Below are positions 23,563 to 34,895 of a stretch of 64,000 nucleotides of DNA, piece by piece (the first letter of the stretch is position 1; each line of letters begins with the position of its first letter). Origin of the DNA: Octopus sinensis (taxonomy: Eukaryota). The stretch is taken from assembly GCF_006345805.1 (NCBI RefSeq), contig NW_021833417.1, forward strand, positions 1-64,000, given 5' to 3'. The translations under genes and the position numbers were made by a program. Under the pieces are notes generated by a model. That model worked only from the letters and a program-made list of their open reading frames with translations. It did not search any database and was not told the DNA's origin.

Positions 23563-25258
23563 ATGATCGGACAATCACCTGTTAGTGAGGTGGATGTACT
23601 ACTCTCAGCAAATCCAAAGCACAACTCAAAGAATCCCTTAGAGGAATACGGATCATATGGGGACATTGCAATAACTACCGACAATACAGTCCTTTTGCAG
23701 AAAAGACTGGACCAATCAGCCTCCACACACTTCTCTAATCCACGTCTTTTATACAAATCTCCAAACAGAATATGTTAATCTGTAATCTTCTATTCTCAGT
23801 CCTTCCTCCATGACAAGACTACTCACACTCCCAACCTACTCCAAATCTGTCCGAATGAGAGAAGTGACCTGCTCTGTGTGTCTGGAACTAAAATAAGTAT
23901 GGTGTATAATATAATAGACACTTTTAAAATACTAAACAACTCAGTCCAACTCTCCAACACACTCTCCTTGGATATTCCGATGGGAGATATCCACGCTGAG
24001 ATGTGTTGTGGCAGGACTGGTAGTGTTACTCGACCACTGTAGTATGTACTGCTCTCCTCCCTCGGTCGGTCGCTGTGGTCATCGAGAGAGACTGTCTTGA
24101 GCTATTCTCCGCTATTCCTACCCCTGAGACGCCCACTTGTGCCAATATCAAGTATTTCTATTAATTTATATTAGTGAATTTATTGGGGAGGAGTGCTTGG
24201 TTTGTCAGACTGACCATAATGTGGGAATTTTTAATATTCATTGGTTAACCTAAAATTAATACATTTTATAACAGCGGGAAAACTTTGTCAGATTTTGTGT
24301 TTGACGTGGACAGTGTTGGGCAGAGCAAATGGTGTGAATCCCACTATGCAGGACACCCACGAATTGCCCTTGTGGCCTCTGAAAATAGGATTGCCATGCA
24401 GGACTTTAGAGTCAGCATACTCAGGCTAATTGGCAGAAAGGGAAGGAGCTATTGCTGTATGAAAGTACCCCGAATTCTCCGATTATGAAAACACACACAA
24501 TAAGGGACAACTCTCTACTTTCACTGGTCATAACACAGTCACGGATAGTAGGACTGGATGCTCGTATGCCAGGAATACCAGTAAATAGAGTATGCATAAG
24601 CAGTAGACCATCAGCTGGGTCAATCGATGTGGGACTGACGTGATCAGTTCGTGTAGACAGGGGGTATTGGATATGCACGAGTAGTTCTAATCGGATTGCT
24701 CTGTTCGACTGTCAGCTCACTAATTCGGGTGCCTTCTTGGAGACCAATAAACCCCTCAATCTGCCATCGACTATTCAATGTCCAGTAGTCGGACTGGCAG
24801 TGACTGGATCTGTTTATATGGTTCGGCTGTGGGATATATTCAGAGTAATCCAGTCGGGGATATATTTTCCTTGTCCTTGAAGGATAGTCAGGAAGTAGTC
24901 CATGACGAGACTGCCCCACTCTACGCAGCAACATCCTGTCGTCCTGAGGTAGTGGAAGGTTATGTTTAATATACAATGACAGGTCTCACACTGACTGAAA
25001 GTCCTCACCCAATGTGTCACGTGTGCGGAGACCCCGAAGGATGTCTTGATGAATCTGCTCAGTGTCCTTCATGCGGACATGACGTGTCTCAGACTAGGGA
25101 GATTGTGGACTGTTTTGACAATGTTGAGTCCATTGGTGACATTGTAGGATAGACCATACACCACATGTGGTAGTGACGTGGATGAATTCCCTCCCGATGA
25201 AGAATCCCTGCGAATATATTCCCAGAGATTCCCCTACCTTTCCAAGTGGGACGATTAA
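23563..25258 (+). pseudogene. TAF1C: TAF1C-like RNA Pol I SL1 subunit, apparently frameshifted
   Basis: EFIGEECLVCQTDHNVGIF, YAGHPRIALVASENRIAMQDFR and YIQSNPVGDIF resemble TAF1C WD-region motifs. Frame breaks near 23773, 24121 and 25140 are not resolved by canonical introns. Confidence 0.55.
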
Positions 25259-25370
25259 CTTGTGCGACATGACAAAATATTTATTATATTGTATAATAAC
25301 AGCGGGAAAACTACAGTCAGAGCAGATGGTAGGAATAAGCAAGAATTTTCTAGCAAAATAATAGAATAAA

Positions 25371-26480
25371 TTAATCAGCATCAAAGTGTCGACTGAGAGC
25401 ATCATTGACGACATGGTTAAAGTCTCTGTGTAAATACACGTGATGAGTGCCCCCCTTCAACACCTACACGTATCTCTCGACCAACACCAGCCTGCACGTC
25501 CACGTCAGTACAGCCCCGCATAAAGGTGAATGCGTCGGCATTATTCATATACGAATTGGACCCATATATAAACAGAATGGGGCAACAGTCCTCCTTCCGC
25601 AGTCGTCGAGACACTGGATTGGTCGCATAACCAAAGGGCGACATTAACCGTTTGAAGGCCACCTCTCCTCTACAGTCTTACACACCACCAACGTTGGAGA
25701 CCGTCGGTTACAGGCGGAGATGTACTTGACAAAACTGGCACTGTCCAGGAAGGAAAACAGAGTGACAATCACTTCTGAAATAACGGACGACGTATTTGGC
25801 TGGCATAATCACAGAAAAGTACCGAGAGGACCAAAAAGACGGAGTAGGGCGAGTGGGGTGAAATATGTGGTCAATGTTTTGATCGTGTAAAACCGCAAAA
25901 TGGACATGTTTTCGCGGATTAAGGCCTCGCTGGGTGCCACGGAGAACCCCCAGGGGTCCGCCATAATGAGATATTCCACCTTTCGAGGATATTTCATGGC
26001 AACACGGCGCGCCTACAGTCTCAGGGGCAGACAAACCAAATATCCTCCAAAACTATGTCCGAGTAAAATTACTTTGGGTAACTTCATTTGGTCCATCCAC
26101 CCGAGAATGGATTGGGCAAAATAGGACTCCACGTCGGCCGCGGAGGAAGGGAAATTTGGACGAGAACTTTTTCCAAATCCAAGGACATCAATGGCATAGA
26201 CAGGACGGGAGGACGACAATTCGTCGAGATTTTTGGTCCAAAAGCAAACTCCTGCGCAAAGTCCGTGTAGAAGGACGAGGGGCACTTCCTCGTTTAAAGT
26301 GTTTAGAGAAATTGTCCAGATTTTGTTTTTATTATCCAGTTCTACAAATTTGGCAGAATAAGGTGATCTTATATCTATTAATCATTTTATTTAACTTAAC
26401 TCGATAGAATTGTAGTTTCATGTTCACTGATGTAATCATACTCATTATTTGTGAAATAAGACAAAACCATACTCGAGGTA
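25371..26480 (-). CDS. ABHD4: ABHD4/ABHD5-family alpha/beta hydrolase, one apparent frameshift near 25750
   Basis: PLVLLHG, VYAIDVLGFGKSSRPNF, LLGHSFGGYL (Ser nucleophile), ADPWGF, GEVAFK and GTHHVY motifs; ends TAA at 25371-73; start approximate. Confidence 0.85.
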
Positions 26481-26769
26481 ACGAGAAATAAACAATTACA
26501 TTGAACTGTTATTTAATTATTACTGTATATTAATCACTATAAAAATAATAACATATTTTTATGAAAAGTGATGTCATTGAATGATAAGTAATTATTAATA
26601 TTTTATAATGCGGTTCACCTTTTGTTGTGGTGCCGCCCAAAAGAATCGCCATACTCCAAAGTCAAATTCAATAAACCTGACATTTTTGTGTCACGAAAAA
26701 AAAATAAATTGAAGTAGAAATTACCTCACAAAATCGGTTAATCGAGTTGAAGTGGAAAAATTGCACAAA

Positions 26770-26940
26770 TTATTCTGGTAGTCTCGACATCGGATGGAGA
26801 TGTCTCAAAGTTCTTCAAAGGTTACGTGGACAAGTTATGTATTGACGGGGGACCGAAGACATAGCAAGTCGGTTGTGCTAAAGAGGACGCTGGAGAGTAT
26901 GCTCATTGAACACAGACATGGAATGAAGGTAGACTAAGAG
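26770..26940 (+). mobile_element. 3' remnant of the R4/Dong-like retroelement family
   Basis: Broken frames DGDVSKFFKGY...VLKRTLESMLIEHRHGM, homologous to the 3' end of 3384-6245. Confidence 0.6.
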
Positions 26941-27212
26941 TACCTCTCTGCCGCCAATTGACTTGGGGAGCTGGCATTTCGTAAGGACACTCATCTAAAT
27001 AAAATCCTTGGCCCAGGAAATGAAAGGAAGTTTGTGACAAACTCTTCCTCCAAGAAAGAAGGAAAATCATCGCAGATTTGGACTCCTAATTCGATAATTT
27101 TTTGAAAATTTAATGCATCATTTGAATAAAGCATCAATAACCTAACTTTATTGTCTAAAAAGTTTTTCAGAATTTTACTGTTTTTATTGAAAACAAATTT
27201 ACATTCCTAATC

Positions 27213-27316
27213 CAAAGGATCCTGTTGGCCGTTGTGCGTGGGAACAGCTGTTCCATCCGGCTTGCTGGCCGATTAATTTCTGATTAACTTAGCTTTCCAT
27301 ATTTTTAAAAAAAAAG
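27213..27316 (+). mobile_element. Very short CRE-like retroelement 3' tail with poly(A)
   Basis: QRILLAVVRGNSCSI matches QRIGLAIVRGNAHCV of the element at 52220; A9 tract follows. Confidence 0.55.
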
Positions 27317-27493
27317 TCAGTCCTGTAAACATTCAGTTTTAATTGATGTATTTATGTTTTCGGTACGTCCAAAATATACTGTCATGTGATTTATTATTTT
27401 ATTCTTCCAATTATCTAGTAAAACCGATCATTATGCGGACTTCCTCGCCCAAAGTAACGGCGGAATCTGGACCGACAAATAATGAACCTTTAG

Positions 27494-27650
27494 TATTTTT
27501 TTTTATTTTTTTTTTTTTTTAATTGTAAACGTTTTTATTTCTAAAAGAAAACAGAGAGAAAGAGAGTTAACAAGAGGACTTCCCCGCCTCGTAGATGGAG
27601 AAACAGTTTCCACGTACAATGGCAAGGGAAATCCTCTGAAGAAGCCAAAG
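27494..27650 (-). mobile_element. Very short CRE-like retroelement 3' tail with AATAAA and long poly(A)
   Basis: LWLLQRISLAIVRGNCFSI*, AATAAA and an A-tail at about 27497-27522; possible 6-bp TSD aatact. Confidence 0.65.
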
Positions 27651-27689
27651 TATTATTATGCAGTTTACTATGGATCATAACAAAGCTTG

Positions 27690-27960
27690 TGGAGCACAGG
27701 AAACAATAAGACTTATTAGCTTGGTCAATTTCCCTCTATCTTGTCCAACATCCTGTAATGCGTCAATATCGTCTCCGTTCTTTAAATTTTTCTTACACTA
27801 AGGTCTCTGTCCAAGTAACTGAAAGAGGATTTTTGGACGTACACGGAAACGAGGGCCGTTGGCTTCGAACTAGTCTATCGTCGCGGTGTTTGCCGGTGCC
27901 TTCAAATCCATCCTTAGGATGTGTCCGAATGACCTTCACCTATAATTTCTATTGGTTTGC
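27690..27960 (-). mobile_element. RTE-clade LINE 3' remnant
   Basis: FGHILRMD..APA...RFRVRPK...L.D...DR, resembling the RTE C-terminal WFGH..RM / GRP motifs. Confidence 0.55.
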
Positions 27961-28558
27961 TTGATGTCCTGAGAATTTCTACTAATAGCAAAAATAATAA
28001 CTGTGGAAATCATATTTTGTGTTCGACTTATATAATAAATAATCCGTGCAATATTCACCGATAATATCAAGGTATTTGAAGTCCTGCAATCTAAAATTCA
28101 AAAGTCTCTTTAAAGTCTAAAAATAACAAAATTTTCTGCTCAAGTTGAAAACGTGAATATCGAAATAATGTATATCAAGTATAAAAAACTTTAAAAATAA
28201 AACAATACAGCTTATATATGAGTTGAGAGTAGTAAAGTTTATTATTCATTTTAAAGAAAATGAAAGTCCAAAAACAAGATTAGCTAGGTAAATAGGTACT
28301 AAAATTAGATTCGGATTCGTGGAAAAGACATCAAATGATAGGTTATTTAGTGCTATCGGTCAAGACAGTAGCAAAATAAAGCTTCCCTATCTAGCCTTAG
28401 GACAAATGCAATACAGTTTCCTACGCGACCTTTAGCCCCAGAATATGATACACAATTAACTTTATGGTGTGTTATCAGATCGTATTGGAACTCAAATGTT
28501 TTTACACTCAGAATTTGAGCACATACTTAAACCTAACTTCAAAAACGAATTGATGGAT

Positions 28559-28920
28559 CTATGAGCCAGCTAATAAACATGTTTTCTCAACGGCGTACTG
28601 TTTAAGTGTTCTTTGATTGAGGAGACGTACTTTTCTCTTTATATCCAGTAGAGTGGAGTTCCTCTTATATTTTAATTCTATTGTCATATCTATATGCTTT
28701 GTATTTTTCATACAAAGTCTAAGATTTTTCTGTGTTCTCGATAGAATGTCAATTTTTTGTTTTAATAAACGAGGCTTTCTTAGCAATGTTTTTAATTCCG
28801 TTTGAGATTAAGGATTAGCGATCATCAGGTGAATGTTCGGAATTCAATTTTGAGACAAATATGTAAGCCTATTTCCTTTTTGCACATTGATGTTGAGATT
28901 AGTTCTCAACAATTCTTGAA
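28559..28920 (-). mobile_element. Possible THAP/P-element-like transposase remnant
   Basis: An IPNIH (AVPTIF-like) stretch precedes a basic coiled coil LKQKIDILSRTQKNLR; weak. Confidence 0.2.
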
Positions 28921-28959
28921 GCATGTATAATGGGATTGACGTCAGTATAATGGGATTGT

Positions 28960-29900
28960 AAAATAAGAGCTTCAATCACCACTCCAGTGAACACAACCGT
29001 GTGTCATATGCTTGGGGATAAATGAGCATCCCCGAAAAATTTCCTTTATCAGACGCTCATTGGGGTCATGGTGCCTAGTCATACCAAGTGACAGCGCAGG
29101 CAATGGACAACCTGAGGATCAGTTTGGACAAAGTGATGTGTTTAAATTGAGTATGTCGGCGTTGTCCAACACGATGAAATTATTCGGGTTTTTCAATGTA
29201 ATCGTTCAGACTAGTCCACTAGAAGTTCCTCTTATATTTTCATTTTTTCTATCTTTGTCTTCTTTGCCCTAAAAAGGCATATCTCTAATTTATCAACATA
29301 CAAATGTATTTAGAAAGTATGGAAATAAGTTTAGTTTGTTAATGGGACGTGGTATTGTTGCGTATTCGACTTTTTACAGTGAATTTGTGTACTGTCAATA
29401 GCACCAGAGCAGTGAGGAGTAGTACAATCATGATGGGTCCACATATAATTGCTTCTACGTCACTCACAACTGTTCTATACAAGGCTTAACTCCCTGGTCC
29501 TCATCAGCCACGTACTTTTCAAATATTGTCATTTCTTTATTCTTTTTGATTTCATGCAATGTCGTTTTTGTTTTTGATGTGTCAGATTTCCCTGTCGGAA
29601 GAGTTGTTTCATGGATTTCTACAAATAAGAAAAAATATGAACTTTGGATGAGATCTATGCAGTCCTTTTCTGACAAATCTCTGGAAAGTAAATCGCCAGT
29701 CAGAGTGTCCACACAGTCACAGACATTCCCAAAAATAGGGCACCTAATTGGCTTGTAGAATCCATTCGTTTGGCAGAATAGGGATAACATATCTTCTAAC
29801 TTATTCTCGCGACTTGAATAGTTATGGATTTACTGTTGTACAGTTTTTTGTTGCAGGGTCCTTCGGAATCTTGTTTCGTGGGGGCTATGCTCTAATTAAT
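28960..29900 (-). CDS. Thyroglobulin type-1 repeat-containing protein, model unresolved and possibly decayed
   Basis: LFCQTNGFYKPIRCPIFGNVCDCVDTLTG matches the C...G.Y.P.QC....C.CVD..G consensus; downstream frames are unclear. Confidence 0.45.
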
Positions 29901-31003
29901 TAGTGAGTAATATTTAGTTTTGGTAGTAATGTAATGAGTTTTTGAATTACATTCAGAAAAAGGATAATCATAGTCTTGACGTATATCATTGGATACATTT
30001 ATTATATTAAAAATTAACATCACAGTAGGTGTTTTATTGGAAATAAATACAATTAAAATCGTTTATTGATTGAAATAATTTTGGATTAAAAAAATATATT
30101 TCTGAACCTTCTAACTGATTTTTGATAAAAAAGATCCAATAGAATTATTTTTTAAGTATTCCAATGATTTGTTAAATTTTTGATAAACTAATAAAATTAA
30201 TTATTTAAAAATTGTCTAAGAAGCTCACCGAAAAAGCTCCTTTAGAAGATGATCTCAGAATTTCGAAATTAAAAATCTAATTGCTTAACAATACTTACTT
30301 TGAGAACAAATAAATAAAGTAGACTTGAGAATGCAATCCAAAAATTTCAAACATTTTAGTTTTTAAAGTGGCGAGTCTGAAATAGAATGCTTAAAATACA
30401 CTTAAATAATGAAATGTATTATTCTAATTTTAAGTTCCATAGCTCAGGGATTCAGATTCATTGAAATCTCAGTTAATCATTGAATTTTCTTTCAATATCT
30501 TGGAATATACAGAATGATGCAAAGAATGAATATTGACAGAACAATCATTTTTATTAAATCAACTTGGTCCATATTTGTCACAATACCATCCAATCTAACC
30601 CAAAACATTTATGGTCTAATCTTTTAAATAATTTTTCCCTTTGGTCATTTGGAATATTCAAATCTTATTTTTCCCAAACTTTTCCTAAATATCGCTTAGT
30701 CCATTTTCTCTCAATCAATTAAGACTGTACCAGTATGTATCGATAGCAATCTTCGAAGTAACTCGCTTGCTATCCGCGGTGGGGCCACTGGCGAATCCTA
30801 ATTTCCAATATTAATGTTGAATAATTATTATGTTATGTCGGACATAATTAATTAGATATTGATATAATATCCATCAAGACTTATTTTTAACCCTCGGTTT
30901 TTCAGATTTAGTCATCAGTCAGCCTATTTGCACATTTAATATTCATTCCTAATCACCTTATTGGACTATATAGAATAAACACAATTAATTTAATTACACA
31001 GCG

Positions 31004-32144
31004 TTAATGCCCACTCGTGTTGGGAGTGAAATTAAACATATTTTGGAGCAGTTCATACTGCTGCTGACTAGTCAGATTTGGCATCGACGAGGACTGTGGA
31101 GTGGGCAGATTCCCCACAACGGGAAAGGATAGTCCAGGAATGGGCGTCCCTCCAAAATACTGACTGGCAAAACTTTGCATAAAAACCGGATTCCGTAACA
31201 TGGAAACCCACTGTTGCATGGAGGAGGAGAAATCGTTGTTAATAACAGCAGGATTTGGGGGGAAATATGCATTATTGGGCACTTCTTCAGTAACGAGACA
31301 AGCTTGTTTGTCCAAATCGTTGAGACTGCACTCCAGACTGACCAATTTGTCGAGTTTGGAGATGAGAGATGACTCATAATTAACTCGACTGGCCTCCCTC
31401 GTCTCCCGGACGTGGCAGGATCGACACAGCAATGTCTCCTTCCACTTTATCCATCCCTCCACGGGGTATCTCCCACAATGCGGGCAATTTTTGTTCATAT
31501 TTTTCACAATATTTTTCCCGCTATTTTTATTGTCCTTCTTTTTCGAATTTTTGGTGTTATTTCTGACATATTCGAGTCCCACACACTCGAGGTAGTCCCC
31601 TGAATCGAAGGAGGGCACAAAGAACAGTCCCTCCACCACCGGAATCACCAATCTGGGCAGAGAGGCCACCGTGTTGTTAATCCGACCAGTCAATTCTTCC
31701 CGCGCTTGCTCTGTGGCACTGTCCTGGGCCAACTCACTCGCCTACACTGGAAACCACGTTTTTACTGTTTTGGGTTCCTGTCTGACCTTCCCGTGGGAGG
31801 AATTGGTTTTGTGAATGTTTTCTGCCCTTTTCGAGTACTCCGAGTCCCTTCCTTTGTACTTCTTGGTACTTTCCCGCGCTAATTTGGTGGGAGGGGACTT
31901 TGGGCACTCCACCTTCTTTTTGGTCACGTTTTTCTGGTGGTTATTTTGGGAGATTTACTTTGATGTTGTAGTTTCGTTGGTGGAGACGGATCCTTCTCAT
32001 GAGGAGGAGTTTGGCTTCCTCCACTTGGAGGGTTCTTTCCAAGTCGATTTGGGTGGTTCGGTGGACTGGATTGGGGGGGATTGGGGGATATTCTGACATT
32101 GGATCTTCACTTCCGTGAGATTGGTTAACCTCGCAGTAGTTCAT
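31004..32144 (-). CDS. GATAD2: p66/GATAD2-like NuRD subunit (complete, 2 predicted introns)
   Basis: CR1 VEEAKLLLMRRIRLHQ; DYLECVGLE; GATA-like finger CPHC-X16-CRSC followed by a coiled coil. Predicted 25- and 24-nt introns join the three ORFs; ends TAA. Confidence 0.75.
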
Positions 32145-33130
32145 GGTTAATCAATATATTCTTAAGATTAGTTTAGAAATATATTTTAATAAATAAAAAT
32201 TATTTATTTATCATATCTAGGCCACATCCAACAAAGAAAAGGAAGTAATAAATACCAACCCACAGAAATATAAAACGATGCACCTGAACGTCCCTATTTA
32301 AGGAAATACATGTATCGATTATTGACGGAAATAAATTATTTTGACTACCAATTAAAATTATTTATTTTTAACGTGCCATCGCATAAAACTAAAAATATTG
32401 ATCGTGTTGTCCAAATGGATTTTCTGACTTAATGTCATAATTATTTGTGACTTTTTGGCCTCTCCTTAAAAGCAACCTTCTCACAGTAGCCCAGGTTGCT
32501 TCCAAAGAGAAGTGAATGTCAAATTTTGTGCGGATAGTGAAAGATCAGGAGAGTGGAAAAATGATTAGTTGAGTAATCATCGGCCATTGATTTTAGAAAT
32601 GAGTATTGTTTTGCTGGCGTACTTTTTAGTAAACAGCAATTGTCATTTAGCATGTTTAGAGCAGTGCAAGGGTGGTCGGATAAGAGAATAGGAATTGTGA
32701 ATCATATTTAAATGTTCTATCGAAGAGAAGATAAATTTCAAAATGCAGTTAGTCGATGGGTGTTATTTCAGGTATTCGGGTATAATACACATTGTCCTGT
32801 TTTGTACTGATTGGTATTCCTCCGTGGGCTTGTAAATAGACAGGGAATCCAGGTCGGACTTGCGTAATTTAGTACGGGATGGACTAGTTGTTTGTAACTC
32901 TTTTGAGAAGGGGTTTCTGATGGGATCACTTATTGCTTTTGGAATGCTTGTACGCCTGATTGCTTTGTCCAAAATGTTCAAGACATGTTTGTTGAATAGT
33001 TGGGTCTTCTGTCGAAAATTGAGTTTACTTGGAGTCTGCGTGCAGATTTATGGAGCAGTGATTTGTTTGTTTAAAAATGAATTTTTTGGAATTAAGATGA
33101 TTTCATAAGTAATTTCTATACACCACAAGA

Positions 33131-34179
33131 TCAGGAAACATTTATTGGAATGATATTAGACAGACAGAGGATAAATATCGGTGTGTCTTTTCTCCCTAAT
33201 TTTATACACTTTGGGTTTTCCCGGCTTTTTAATTTTACGTCCAAAGCGTCCTCCCTTCCTCTAAAAAAGACCTCTGCGAGGACGCACACCCAATCTCCTC
33301 CGCTGTCCCGCCGTGGTCAACTTGACATCGCGGTGACCCACATTGGACACCCTCCCCACCACACACATGCACTTACTGCTCAACACATACTCCTGTCCAC
33401 TGGGGAGACGGAGGGACTCCCCCATCTGCACACAGGGAGACTCCCTTATTACACAACACTGCGTAGGTCCCGGTCGACACTGCTATTTTCTGTCCACCGT
33501 TGGGGGAGAACTCGACACAGCAGACATGAGACCCCGGAATGAGAGCACCCAGAGGATGGGCGTCTCCTGGTCTGCCGAGGACTGGAAATGAGTGGATATA
33601 TTACTGGGCACTTTGGGGATGTCTCCGTATGTCCGGACTATGTCTTTCATGTCAGGAGTGGCCACCGCCCACCGCCTGACATCACCCCCAAGGCCAGCGT
33701 CGCACTGTGCCAGTCGTCGTTTTTGAGCTACGATTATGACTAGGAGTCACCTCACTCACTCTTTCCTCCACCACTCTCCCGGGAGTGCCTTTCCGTGAAC
33801 AGGGCCAACAGAAATATTTGTGGAACCCCCCGCCAATCCGGTCGATGATGATTCGGCCTACTCGTTTGCTTGGTCAATCAACCGTGGGCGTTCCTTCCGC
33901 CTGTGCGTTGGCATTTCAGTGGGGTTGGAGTGTAGTCCATCGAGCGTAAATCGTAGCCTGCTTTCCTGAGGGAATAGTTGAGAATAAACTGACCTCTCAC
34001 TTTGAGAGGAGCCTTTATGCCCACGTCCTCACTTTACCACTCATTAGTCATAAATACAGTTTTATTGTGGATATTGATAGATTTAATTCCTCTGTCTTCC
34101 TGGAATTGGTCGTGAATACTTTCCTGGGCACATATTCACTCCACTTTCGAATTGACGCTATCCTCGTCCAATTATACAT
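33131..34179 (-). pseudogene. MRPL2: MRPL2, apparently disrupted (copy 2)
   Basis: Same frameshift and same in-frame TAG (33261-63) as copy 1. Confidence 0.85.
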
Positions 34180-34229
34180 CAAATATATTAATTAATATTC
34201 CTGTCTTATAAAATAACGTTTATTTAATG

Positions 34230-34895
34230 TTATAAAAGCCCGTTAATCTCCTTCATAAACTGATTGTAGGCCTCCCCTCCAATCGACAGGGGGTCAGTCC
34301 ATTTTTCTAAAATAAACAAACACACCAACTCGGCCTATAACCAGTAGTCCTCAATCGCCCTTTTCCGTCCTTGTATTGTCTCTCCACTCTCAGTGTCGTC
34401 GGCTTAAAGCAAGTGGCCGCCTCCCTCAGATTCCGGATTTGTGGCTTCGACTCGATAGTACTCCCCGTCGTCTGCCCACCCCAATTGGTAGGCCTCCTCG
34501 TAGTGGCCCACAGTCCACACAGGATTCACCAATTGGTAAGGAAAGTTGACATTCTCCTCATATCTGGCCATTTCCCTCTCAAATTCCAATCTAGAATACT
34601 CCCAGTCTACACTCCTATGGAAAACACCCAAACTTGTCTCCACTTGGGGGGAGAACAGGCCGGCGGGCGAGGAAGCTTCCCCAAAACCTGCTTGGTCACC
34701 CTTTTAGGAATGGTCTCCCTTGATGTTGGATGGTGGGAGGGAGGTCACATAGCAGGGGAATGTCCTCCAACCTCTTTCCTTCTCCCTAGTCACTCAGTGA
34801 GGCTGATTCTACCCAGAAGGGCTATTTTCTGCAGTTTGGTGTACTCGTAGTTCTTTAGGAGTTTCAGCAGGTTGTCTGCCTGGGAAGACTCCTCG
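34230..34895 (-). pseudogene. WBP11: WBP11 5'-truncated remnant (copy 2)
   Basis: As copy 1, but retains the 24-bp segment and the ttttag acceptor. Confidence 0.8.

Noticed and set aside
27494-27960. Chimeric RTE-CRE retroelement
   Set aside because: The CRE tail has its own candidate TSD (aatact), so two adjacent insertions are simpler.
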